Source: Methanothrix sp.
Lineage (GTDB): Archaea; Halobacteriota; Methanosarcinia; Methanotrichales; Methanotrichaceae
Assembly: GCA_037128175.1 (NCBI GenBank)
Contig: JBAXWY010000001.1
Location: forward strand, 113,900-177,899
Direction of reading: 5' to 3'
Length of the DNA stretch: 64,000 bases
Shown here one piece after another: positions 1-8,225 of the stretch. The position numbers were made by a program, and so were the translations under genes. Within the stretch, counting starts at the first letter, position 1. Each line of letters begins with the position of its first letter. Below the pieces are notes generated by a model. It worked only from the letters and a program-made list of their open reading frames with translations, ran no database searches and had not been told where the DNA came from.

Positions 1-2
1 CC

Positions 3-233
3 GGCAATAATTCGACCTCCCTGAAGGCCGATCTTGCTGATTTGGGCCCGCTTTCCGCCGCCAATGATACGGCGATCTTGGGCAGCATCTCCATGATCAT
101 CTCTCCCTCCGACGGGGGCATGATCGGAAATGGTGAGCTTCGTATCGATCAGGGCTCGCTTGCAGCCAGATACTCTCTGCTGATCGACATGGAGCCACCC
201 CGCCATGGCCAAAAAATGATGATGAGGAGATGA
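3..233 (+). CDS. 3' part of a hypothetical protein (runs off the left window edge)
   Basis: Frame is open from position 3 (GNNSTSLKADLADLGP...) to TGA at 233; codon style matches the host. Confidence 0.5.
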   Translation, partial: GNNSTSLKADLADLGPLSAANDTAILGSISMIISPSDGGMIGNGELRIDQGSLAARYSLLIDMEPPRHGQKMMMRR

Positions 234-273
234 GCCAATCGCCTTCCATCATCTCGATCTTTTTGGGGGAGAT

Positions 274-729
274 TTGAGCGCATCCCTAAAGCTGGTGTGG
301 GTGGCGATCGCTTTGCTTCTCCTCCTTTCGCCAGCGGCTCTGGGACAGGGCGGGCAGCTCTTTTTGAATGTCTATGTGGATGGCACCCCTGGTAAAGCGC
401 TGGTCGTGGGCAACGTGGACGACGTCTCCGGCCTGGCCTTTCTGAATACCTCTGATAAGATCTACGAGGATAACGGCCAGCTTTATGCTGTTTGCGATTC
501 TCTGGTCGAGAAAGACGGAAATGGCTGGAAGCTGTCGTTTCCCGCCAGCGGCTATTATGATGAGTATCATGCCGTATTCTTTGTCTCGGGAGGCTTTGCC
601 TTCCAGGAGATCAACTGCACAACGGGACTGGAGATTCTCTCCTCCGCCCACAATGACTCAATAGTGCTGGATGTGCAGGGGTTTGGGCTGACCGATCCCG
701 TGGTCCATTTTAGCTACGCGGCATCGTGA
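274..729 (+). CDS. Secreted hypothetical protein
   Basis: N-terminal signal peptide (LKLVWVAIALLLLLSPAALG); GGGGAG upstream of TTG start. Confidence 0.7.
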   Translation: MSASLKLVWVAIALLLLLSPAALGQGGQLFLNVYVDGTPGKALVVGNVDDVSGLAFLNTSDKIYEDNGQLYAVCDSLVEKDGNGWKLSFPASGYYDEYHAVFFVSGGFAFQEINCTTGLEILSSAHNDSIVLDVQGFGLTDPVVHFSYAAS

Positions 730-784
730 ATCTCAGATCAATGCAGTTCGGGCTTGTTGCAACGATTCGAAGGTCAAATTACAA

Positions 785-816
785 AATCTATAGTTTGTGT
801 CAGAACAGCTATAAAG
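785..816 (+). promoter_or_regulatory. Promoter with TTTGTGTCA box (794-802) just upstream of TATA (ctataaag)
   Basis: Same box and spacing recur at 1753-1761 and 3089-3097. Confidence 0.55.
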
Positions 817-859
817 ACAGAAAAATAGTACCTAATAGCTAAAGCGGGACGGAAATAAC

Positions 860-1198
860 GTGATACCTTGGTTTCTGGCAGCATCAGCATCGTTGGTTCC
901 AAGCGATATAGACGTCGGGTTTGAACCACATGAGCAAACGGAACTTATCCTCTGGCTCATTGTGGCCGCAGTATCTTTAATTCCACTTGTGATATTTTCC
1001 ATAAGCTATAGCCGAGTAAGAAGCGCGAAACTGCTAATAACTACCTTGGCATTTTTGCTTTTCTTTATCAAAGCACTGATTTTGGCAATGAAACTCTTCA
1101 TGCCCAATTACGTAGATGAAATCTGGTGGGCAGTTGCGGCTGTATTGGATATCATGATAATCAGTCTAATCGCCTATTCCTTAAGCAGGAAGTCATAA
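860..1198 (+). CDS. Small membrane protein (about 3 TM), partner of the downstream wHTH regulator
   Basis: Three hydrophobic segments; 6-nt gap to the wHTH gene. Confidence 0.75.
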   Translation: MIPWFLAASASLVPSDIDVGFEPHEQTELILWLIVAAVSLIPLVIFSISYSRVRSAKLLITTLAFLLFFIKALILAMKLFMPNYVDEIWWAVAAVLDIMIISLIAYSLSRKS

Positions 1199-1204
1199 AA
1201 TCAT

Positions 1205-1723
1205 ATGCAAGATGATGTCACCCTTGAGAATCGAAGGCTAATCTTCGACTATATCTCAGAGAATCCTGGTGTTCATCTAAGAAAAATCTCAAGAGATATT
1301 AATATCCATCTAAGTACATTAAGATATCATCTCGATTATCTTGAATCAAAAGGATTAATAACAAGCCAAAGGGAAGATAATCTAAAAATATATTTTGCTT
1401 CGGGTAAGCTTAATCCTCAGGAAAAAAAGCTAACTCCTTTACTTCAACAGAAGCGTTTTAGAGACATAATCCTCGCCATAATAGGATCTCACGAGCCTAC
1501 ATCATCAGAAATAGCAGAAAAATTATTGATGAATCCATCAACAACTTCGAAATACATCAATATTTTAGAGGAACGAGAGGTAATATCCCACAAAAAGATC
1601 GGCAGAGAGAAGAGATATCATATAGACAACGAAGAAAGCGTTGTTAAGCTTTTGCTGACTTATAAAAAGTCATTTTGGGATTCCTTTGTTGACAATGTTT
1701 TAGAGCTGTATCTCGAAAGATAA
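1205..1723 (+). CDS. Tandem winged helix-turn-helix transcriptional regulator (archaeal ArsR/MarR-like)
   Basis: NPGVHLRKISRDINIHLSTLRYHLDYLE and a second HTH TSSEIAEKLLMNPSTTSKYINILE. Confidence 0.85.
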   Translation: MQDDVTLENRRLIFDYISENPGVHLRKISRDINIHLSTLRYHLDYLESKGLITSQREDNLKIYFASGKLNPQEKKLTPLLQQKRFRDIILAIIGSHEPTSSEIAEKLLMNPSTTSKYINILEEREVISHKKIGREKRYHIDNEESVVKLLLTYKKSFWDSFVDNVLELYLER

Positions 1724-1728
1724 TGGTT

Positions 1729-1776
1729 TACACTTTGTACTACAATTGACATTTTGTGTCAAAAAGTCCTTATATA
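1729..1776 (+). promoter_or_regulatory. Operator/promoter copy 2 (acactttgtactacaattgacattttgtgtca...ttatata)
   Basis: Near-duplicate of 3065-3112; contains the ttgaca-N5-tgtcaa palindrome. Confidence 0.6.
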
Positions 1777-1880
1777 CATCAATACATGTTAAGGAATATG
1801 CTAATCCGCGTCCCCCAATATCACATCCCTCTGTACGGATATGCGGATTAGTCCTCCTAATTGTAGGAAATACAATCGAT

Positions 1881-1951
1881 ATGAAGAGATCTACGAAATG
1901 CGGATTGGTGCTTCTTACCATGCTTATGGCGCTCTCAATCGGGGTGGCCTT
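1881..1951 (+). pseudogene. Signal-peptide-only remnant of a paralog of the lamin-tail gene at 3233
   Basis: MKRSTKCGLVLLTMLMALSIGVAL vs MKRSMKYGLVLVTMLMALSIGVAF; similarity stops abruptly. Confidence 0.75.
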
Positions 1952-2134
1952 GAGGGGAGAAGGACCCGGCTGCCAACAAGGCAACCGACCAATGATATTG
2001 GGGTGCCAAAAATATGAATAGGAATGTAGTAATTGTTTTTATCCTTACACTCAGATGATAATCGCTCTTTCAAGCTTGCTGATAAATCTCTTCTGGGACA
2101 CCAAGAAAAAAAGAACTTATGGGGAGTGAGAAAT

Positions 2135-2280
2135 CTGACCTACATAATCATTGCAGAAAACCTTACCAAGTCGTATGGGAATAGAAAGGCAGTCGACGAC
2201 CTGACACTCCACATACCAGAGGGAGAATTCTTTGGATTCCTAGGACCAAACGACGCAGGAAAAACGACAACCATAATCTA
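2135..2280 (+). pseudogene. N-terminal remnant of an ABC transporter ATP-binding subunit
   Basis: [42 protein letters not shown]; Walker A has G->D and the ORF is truncated right after it. Confidence 0.8.
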
Positions 2281-2936
2281 TGAAGAAAAGATTAGTGAAT
2301 AGAAAGATCGCCCTGGCATTTGTGCTGATGCTTGTGCCTGCAATCACGCTCTCGTATTTAGCAAGCGTGTTCACTGTCTTGCCCTTCGACCTGAAGTCCT
2401 ACCACGAGTTGCAAGAGGAAGCAAACCCATTATTTAACATTTTAATGCAATGGGTCAGCTATCTCGGCGAAACCGCGATTTCGATGTCACTGACTGCCAT
2501 CATTGTTGCGACATTTGCATCGCGACGCCAATGGCTAGAGGCGATCTTTATGCTAGCGACAACCAGCAGCGTATTGCTGACTTTTGCGCTGAAGGAGGTC
2601 ATCCATCGAGCACGTCCATTCCCGTTAGCTGAAAATGCAACCGGGCTCATACAGAAGATCAACCAATACAGTTATCCGAGCGGACACGTCCTGTTTTTTG
2701 TCGTCTTTTTTGGATTTTTCGCTTATCTTGCATGGATGCACTTTACTGGACGGGTGCAGATGATCGTCATTATCATTTGTTCTACATTGATCGTTCTAAT
2801 CGGACCATCACGTATATTTCTTGGAGCACATTGGGCGAGCGACGTTATAGGTAGTTATATCATCGGCACGATATGGCTATTTGTTTTGATTCTCGCATAT
2901 CAAGAGGTGATGCGCAGGAGAGATCATGATCCCTAG
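2280..2936 (+). CDS. PAP2-family membrane phosphatase (lipid-carrier pyrophosphate phosphatase-like)
   Basis: [15 protein letters not shown] and [12 protein letters not shown] motifs; multiple TMs. Confidence 0.9.
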   Translation: MKKRLVNRKIALAFVLMLVPAITLSYLASVFTVLPFDLKSYHELQEEANPLFNILMQWVSYLGETAISMSLTAIIVATFASRRQWLEAIFMLATTSSVLLTFALKEVIHRARPFPLAENATGLIQKINQYSYPSGHVLFFVVFFGFFAYLAWMHFTGRVQMIVIIICSTLIVLIGPSRIFLGAHWASDVIGSYIIGTIWLFVLILAYQEVMRRRDHDP

Positions 2937-2983
2937 GTCGAGCCTAACCTTCAAGGAGGCCGAAGGTAGACAAAACCCCATCT

Positions 2984-3040
2984 AAATCCTTTTTGGATTC
3001 TTTTGTTGACAATGTTTTGGAACGATATCTTTAAGGATAA
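2984..3040 (+). pseudogene. C-terminal remnant of a second wHTH regulator copy
   Basis: Translates KSFLDSFVDNVLERYL* vs KSFWDSFVDNVLELYLER* at the end of 1205..1723. Confidence 0.75.
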
Positions 3041-3064
3041 TGGTTAATTTTTTGTTTTATAATG

Positions 3065-3112
3065 GACACTTTGTACTATAATCTACAATTTGTGTCACAA
3101 AGGCCATATATG
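3065..3112 (+). promoter_or_regulatory. Operator/promoter copy 3 (GACAC-t-TTGTA...TACAA-ttt-GTGTC, then TATA)
   Basis: Imperfect palindrome ending in TTTGTGTCA about 8 nt before catatatg. Confidence 0.6.
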
Positions 3113-3232
3113 AAACAGGACAAGCAAATTAGTAGTAATTCGCATACCTCCAGATCCGCCTCCCTCGAATCTGGTAGTGCTCCGGATAAACGAATTACTC
3201 ACCCAAACAGAAAAAACACATAAGGTGTCTAT

Positions 3233-3772
3233 ATGAAGAGATCTATGAAATATGGATTGGTGCTTGTCACCATGCTTATGGCGCTCTCGATTGGAGTTGC
3301 CTTTGGAGAAAATGTCACAACGGCTGATAAGATGATGCCGTCGAATGTAGTGAATGTAGCTACTGCGGGATCAAATGCAAATGTGGCAGATGCCGCAGAT
3401 GCGAAGGAGAAAGAAGCCGTTGATAAGAATGAAACTGGTGAGGACAATGTCATCATTGACAACGTAACTTTTAGCACGACAACCCAGTATGTTGAACTCA
3501 AAAACAATGAGACATCAGGACAAGACCTAACTGGCTGGAAGCTTGAGGTACAGAATAAGGCGGTATTTACCTTCCCTAAGTTCATGCTAGATGCAAATGC
3601 TACCGTCGCGGTTCATACAGGAACAGGAAAAGATAGCAAGACAGACCTCTATGCTACAAATTCATTGATCTCCAAATCAGATGAAGAAGTTTCCTTGCGG
3701 GATGCAAATGGTGCAATAGTTAGCACTTCAGAAGAACCTAATGAGACATCCGATAAGCCTACAGATGCTTGA
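3233..3772 (+). CDS. Secreted lamin-tail-domain protein
   Basis: Signal peptide; QYVELKN...DLTGWKL...FTFP...VAVHTG...VSLRDANG is the LTD pattern. Confidence 0.85.
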   Translation: MKRSMKYGLVLVTMLMALSIGVAFGENVTTADKMMPSNVVNVATAGSNANVADAADAKEKEAVDKNETGEDNVIIDNVTFSTTTQYVELKNNETSGQDLTGWKLEVQNKAVFTFPKFMLDANATVAVHTGTGKDSKTDLYATNSLISKSDEEVSLRDANGAIVSTSEEPNETSDKPTDA

Positions 3773-3796
3773 GCTGAAAAAGAGGCATCTCAAAAC

Positions 3797-3850
3797 AATA
3801 TCGTCGATGTTGGACTCGAACCTAGCGAGGAGATCGAGCTGATACTTAAT
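3797..3850 (+). pseudogene. Remnant of a paralog of the membrane protein at 860
   Basis: DVGLEPSEEIELIL (3806-3847) vs DVGFEPHEQTELIL, 10/14 identical. Confidence 0.55.
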
Positions 3851-4003
3851 ATAAGATCTTATGATGAGCCCGTATGAAAACGCTTTCCAATTTATGGGCA
3901 TGCATATTGATAGTTGCGATAATCTCAATCGCAATCATATCTACGGGCCCATCTCTCGTACAAAACATAAGAATCGGCTTGGAATTCAAAGGTAGATACG
4001 AAA

Positions 4004-5257
4004 ATGAACACAATAGATAATCAATCAAGGATTTCCTTCAAGGCAGGAGAGCAGTTGTTAAGCAAAGTTCCGGAAATCACCCTTTATTTCTGGACCATCA
4101 AAGTCCTTTGTACCACGGTTGGCGAAACCGCATCGGATTTCTTGAACGTTAATTTGAATTTTGGCTTGACTGGTACTTCCATTGTAGTGGGGATTTTATT
4201 GTTGATTGCGCTATTTTTCCAATTTAGGGCAAAGAGATACATTCCCGGAATCTATTGGATAACAGTGGTCTTGATTAGCATCTTTGGCACTTTGGTAACA
4301 GATAATTTAAGCGATGCCATGAATGTTCCTCTTGAGTTGAGCACGATAGCGTTCAGCATTTTGCTGGCAATAACTTTTGCCATTTGGTATGCCAAAGAAA
4401 AAACGCTTTCCATCCATTCAATTTTTACAAGGCAAAGAGAAGCATTTTATTGGCTGGCAATTCTTTTTACATTTGCCCTAGGAACAGCGTCGGGCGATTT
4501 GATGGCTGAAAGTCTTGGTCTTGGCTATTTAACTACCGGCGTGATTGTCGTCGCAACGGTTGCATTCTTTGCCATCGGTTGGAAAATGGGGTTGGATTCC
4601 GTTCTGGCATTTTGGGTTATTTACATTATGACACGGCCGCTGGGTGCTTCCATGGGAGATTTTCTGTCACAACCCCAAAAATACGGAGGATTGGATCTTG
4701 GAGCGACGGTTACTACTTTCATATTTACTGGAGCAATCCTGACAACAGTCCTTTTCCTTTCGATCACCAAAAAGGATTTAATTGCCAAACCATCAATTGG
4801 CGAGGTGGAAATTAAACCACAACGTAAACCACAACGCATTCCTGCGATTTGGCAAACTGCAACCGTTATTTGTTTGCTGTTGGTTGTTTCAGGATCCGGC
4901 TACTATTGGTGCCATTCAGCGCTCCAGGCCAAGGCAAATATTTTATCGCAAGCAGATAATTCATCCGGGCAAGCCACCAAGGCACCACCTTTGGGTGATT
5001 TGACGGTTTTCAAGACGATAACCCAGGATACGCTTGATTTTGTGAACGCCAACAATTTGTCGGGCGCAAAAACCCAGGTTAATGATCTGGAATACGAATG
5101 GGACAATTCCGAAGCTCGCTTGAAACCGATGAATCCGACCAAATGGACGGAAATCGATACCGCCATCGATCAGGTATTGCGGCAAGTCCGCGCCGTAAAT
5201 CCAAATGCCGCCACCTGCAAGTCTTCGCTTCAGGCATTATTGACTAAGCTGAAATAA
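4004..5257 (+). CDS. COG4705/DUF347-type multi-pass membrane protein with a C-terminal extracytoplasmic helical domain
   Basis: SKVPEITLYFW-IK-L-TT-GET-SD, RQREAFYWLAILFTFALGTA-GD and TRPLGAS-GD repeat motifs. Confidence 0.85.
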   Translation: MNTIDNQSRISFKAGEQLLSKVPEITLYFWTIKVLCTTVGETASDFLNVNLNFGLTGTSIVVGILLLIALFFQFRAKRYIPGIYWITVVLISIFGTLVTDNLSDAMNVPLELSTIAFSILLAITFAIWYAKEKTLSIHSIFTRQREAFYWLAILFTFALGTASGDLMAESLGLGYLTTGVIVVATVAFFAIGWKMGLDSVLAFWVIYIMTRPLGASMGDFLSQPQKYGGLDLGATVTTFIFTGAILTTVLFLSITKKDLIAKPSIGEVEIKPQRKPQRIPAIWQTATVICLLLVVSGSGYYWCHSALQAKANILSQADNSSGQATKAPPLGDLTVFKTITQDTLDFVNANNLSGAKTQVNDLEYEWDNSEARLKPMNPTKWTEIDTAIDQVLRQVRAVNPNAATCKSSLQALLTKLK

Positions 5258-5309
5258 TCTCATATCCTGGCCCATTAAACGCCCGATCAGATATAACGCA
5301 TAGCTAAGA

Positions 5310-5472
5310 GTAGTGAAACTGCGGCGGCGCACCCACGCGCAGCAAGCTGCAGGGCATCCGAGGCGCCGCCGCATGAAAATGGAACCAGGTAGGGCTGATC
5401 CAAGCCTAAGTTGAATACGTATGCCCTTTATCCCAGTCGTAGCAAGCTGCGGGGTATTCATCAAAAATAAAT
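5310..5472 (+). mobile_element. Non-autonomous IS200/IS605-type mini element (two AGCAAGCTGC-containing hairpins)
   Basis: Perfect 11-bp IR tgcggcggcgc/gcgccgccgca (5320-5330/5363-5373) enclosing gcagcaagctgc; second copy gtagcaagctgcggggtatt near 5440. Confidence 0.55.
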
Positions 5473-5570
5473 GAAGTGAGAACATCTAGTGCTTCGCAAA
5501 TAACTTCGGGATGGAAGCATATATCGGGATAGACTCTTATTTTCTCCATTTTCACGCCGCCTTCCTACGC

Positions 5571-6545
5571 TCAGGCCCACGTCACCGCCACATCGTCCGT
5601 CCTGTACCCCGGCCGCACCTTCGACTCCGCGATCGGCGTTGTCGCCCCGCTTTTCAGCATGACCAATCCTGTGTAGGCGATCATGCTGCCGTTATCGCCC
5701 ATGAACTTTCGCGGCGGCAAAAAGAATTTCGCGCCTCTCTCCTCGCACATGATATTGAGCATCTCGCCCAGCCTCTTGTTGGCACCTACGCCCCCCACCA
5801 GCATGGCTTCCTTTTTTTCGGCATGGGCCATGGCCCGCTCTGTGACTTCCACCAGCATGGCGAAGGCCGTCTCCTGCAGGCTAAAGCAGACATCATTCAG
5901 ATCGTACTTCTTGGCCGCCTCTGTGGCCGCTGTAGACAGGCCGGAGAAAGAGAGGTCCATGCCCTTCACAGTGTAGGGCAGGGGGATGTACTGCTTCGAT
6001 TCGCGGGCCAGCTCCTCCACCTTGGGCCCGCCCGGATGGGCAAGTCCCACAGAGCGGGCGAACTTGTCGATGGCATTTCCCACGCTGATGTCCAGGGTCT
6101 CGCCGAAAATTCTATAGTGGCCCTGGCGCAACGCCAAAACTTGCGAGTTGGCCCCGCTCACGTAAATGACCGCAGGGTCATGCGCCCCGGATTGCCATTT
6201 GCCCACTTCAATGTGCGCCACGCAGTGATTGACGCCGACAAGGGGTACGGCAAAGCGCAGAGAGAGGGTGCGCGCCGCGGTAGCCACGGTGCGCAGGCAC
6301 GGCCCCAGTCCCGGACCCTGGGAGAAGGCGACGGCATCGATCTTTAAGCCCTGCTGGCGAGAGTAGGCCAGCACCTCTCCCACTACCTTGGCCATGTATT
6401 CCGCATGATGCTGGGCCGCCTCGCGAGGGTGGATGCCGCCTTTGGCCGGGGTGTAGGTGGCGCTCTTCTCGTAAATCACACCCTGCTCGTCCACCAGAGC
6501 GGCGCTCAGGTTCCAGGCCGTTCCTTCCAGGCCGAATATTATCAT
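5571..6545 (-). CDS. kae1: tRNA N6-threonylcarbamoyltransferase Kae1 (KEOPS), stand-alone
   Basis: GIHPREAAQHH, QGPGLGPCL, VNHCVAHIE, GETLD, DNGSMIA. Confidence 0.95.
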   Translation of the reverse strand: MIIFGLEGTAWNLSAALVDEQGVIYEKSATYTPAKGGIHPREAAQHHAEYMAKVVGEVLAYSRQQGLKIDAVAFSQGPGLGPCLRTVATAARTLSLRFAVPLVGVNHCVAHIEVGKWQSGAHDPAVIYVSGANSQVLALRQGHYRIFGETLDISVGNAIDKFARSVGLAHPGGPKVEELARESKQYIPLPYTVKGMDLSFSGLSTAATEAAKKYDLNDVCFSLQETAFAMLVEVTERAMAHAEKKEAMLVGGVGANKRLGEMLNIMCEERGAKFFLPPRKFMGDNGSMIAYTGLVMLKSGATTPIAESKVRPGYRTDDVAVTWA

Positions 6546-6572
6546 AGTAGCTGTAGCTCCTGTTTTTCCTTT

Positions 6573-7997
6573 TCAGACGTAGCCCTGGCCGATGTCCTTT
6601 CGGTAGCGCATTCCATTGAAACGGATGCGTTTGATGTTGTCGTAAGCCTTGATCCAGGCCTCGGCCAGGCTCTGGCCGCGCGCGACCAGGGTCAACACCC
6701 GGCCGCCCGTGGTAAACAGCCTTCTCTTGCCCGTGGCATCCTGGCCAAAGGCCGTGCCGTTGTGGTAGACCAGGACCTCTGGGTCCACCTTCTCCAGGCC
6801 GGTGATGGGCATGTTGGTGTAGTGCTCTCCCGGATAGCCGGGCCGCTCCTCGCCTCCGGCTGAAGCCAATGGCTTGATGGCCCGGCCAGATGTGGCGCAG
6901 ATCCCCAGGCAATAGTCACGCGACCACTGCAGCGGCACCGTGGCGAGCTTTCTGTCCAGCAATGCCTCAGAAAGAAGGAAGAAGTCCGTCTCCAGGCGGG
7001 GCAGAATGACCTGCGTCTCCGGATCACCCAGGCGCACATTGATCTCCAGCACGGACGGCTCCCTTTCTTCTGAGATCATGAGCCCGAAGTAGATCACGCC
7101 CACGTATTCGTGCCCTGTGGCCTCATGAAAGCCATGCACCGTGGGCAGGGCAATTCTATTCATTATCTTCTCGGTCAGCTCCTCGTCCAGCCAGGGGTGG
7201 GGCGAGAATCCGCCCATGCCGCCGGTGTTGGGATTGTTCTCTAAATTGGGGTTATTGGAGAGCTTATTGAAGAGCCGGACGGCAACAGCCTCGTCTGCGG
7301 AAAAAGCCTGCTTGTAGTCTAAAGCCGACTCCAACGGCTGAACCGTCCTGCCGTCACTAAGGGCAAAAAACATCAGCTCGCGTCCTTCCAGCCGCTTTTC
7401 GATCTCGATTCTTTCTCCCGCCTTACCAAAGAGCTTGGGGCTGACCATAATGCGCTCGATTGTTGACCGGGCCTCCTCTTCTGTGGAGCAGACTATGGAG
7501 CCCTTTCCTGCGGCCAGACCGTCCGCCTTGATCACCAGGCCGTGGCCGGGATTTTCCGAGCAGAACTGGTGGACGTACTCTCTGGCAGCAGCCGGGTCAT
7601 CGAAATTTTTGCAGGGCGGCACAGGAACATTCAGCCTCTTGAGAAGATCTTTGGTGGTGCACTTGCTGTTCTCAAGGATCGCAGCCTCTTTCTTGGGGCC
7701 CAGGATTCTCTGGCCTTCTTCCTGAAATATATTGACAATACCATCGGACAGGTAGCCTTCCGGCCCGACAAAGGTCATGTCTATCCTTTCCTGTTTTGCA
7801 AAAGCGAGCAGTTCAAGAATGGTCTTGGGAGGCTTGCCTTGCACCGTTGCCAGGCGGCACTTCTCGGTCATCTCGCTGCCTGCATTGCCGGGAGCCACGA
7901 ATACCGTCTCCACGCTGCCGCTTCGGGCAAAGGCATGGGCTATGGCATTTCCTCTGCCTCCTGCGTCCACTACGAAAACTCTTTTGCCTGACATCAA
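6573..7997 (-). CDS. purD: Phosphoribosylamine-glycine ligase
   Basis: APGNAG, VGPE, KADGLAAGKG, NTGGMG, EINVRLGDPE, TGGRVL. Confidence 0.95.
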   Translation of the reverse strand: MMSGKRVFVVDAGGRGNAIAHAFARSGSVETVFVAPGNAGSEMTEKCRLATVQGKPPKTILELLAFAKQERIDMTFVGPEGYLSDGIVNIFQEEGQRILGPKKEAAILENSKCTTKDLLKRLNVPVPPCKNFDDPAAAREYVHQFCSENPGHGLVIKADGLAAGKGSIVCSTEEEARSTIERIMVSPKLFGKAGERIEIEKRLEGRELMFFALSDGRTVQPLESALDYKQAFSADEAVAVRLFNKLSNNPNLENNPNTGGMGGFSPHPWLDEELTEKIMNRIALPTVHGFHEATGHEYVGVIYFGLMISEEREPSVLEINVRLGDPETQVILPRLETDFFLLSEALLDRKLATVPLQWSRDYCLGICATSGRAIKPLASAGGEERPGYPGEHYTNMPITGLEKVDPEVLVYHNGTAFGQDATGKRRLFTTGGRVLTLVARGQSLAEAWIKAYDNIKRIRFNGMRYRKDIGQGYV

Positions 7998-8073
7998 ATC
8001 CCTTATGAATAGATAACCCTAGATAAGCATAATTGCTGGCGCAAGAATTGCGACGCCAGAAAGCAACGCAGCC

Positions 8074-8087
8074 GGAATAGCCATTCC
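8074..8087. promoter_or_regulatory. GGAA-N6-TTCC nitrogen operator (NrpR-type) upstream of glnA
   Basis: ggaa tagcca ttcc, about 10 nt upstream of the TATA-like ttatttaaaa. Confidence 0.55.
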
Positions 8088-8225
8088 CATGGATAGTTAT
8101 TTAAAACACTAGGTTGAGCCAGAATCGTAGATACAATCACGCCCCGGCATATGGGCAATAGATTTCACTCTCGCGGATTTCTGTTTATGAATGATCCGCA
8201 AAACGGCGCAGGAGATGATAATACA

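Noticed and set aside
1746-2021. 91-aa ORF as a real gene
   Set aside because: Spans promoter and leader DNA plus a truncated signal-peptide remnant
2942-2969. gcctaac...gaaggtag after the PAP2 stop as an integron attC site
   Set aside because: Too short, lacks the GTTRRRY end and L boxes; more likely a small terminator-like hairpin
5291-5416. atataac...gttgaat as an attC site
   Set aside because: Ends pair poorly and no complementary L boxes; better explained by IS200/IS605-type hairpins
5511-6347. Long antisense or overlapping ORFs (also 15133..15984, 28336..29055, 41648..42406, 43904..44605, 48735..49412)
   Set aside because: Shadows of well-supported genes in GC-rich codon-biased DNA, with no domain signal
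7993-8009. atcaaa-N5-tatgaa as a copy of the amtB palindrome near glnA
   Set aside because: Two mismatches, overlaps the purD start codon and is far from the glnA TATA; plausible by chance
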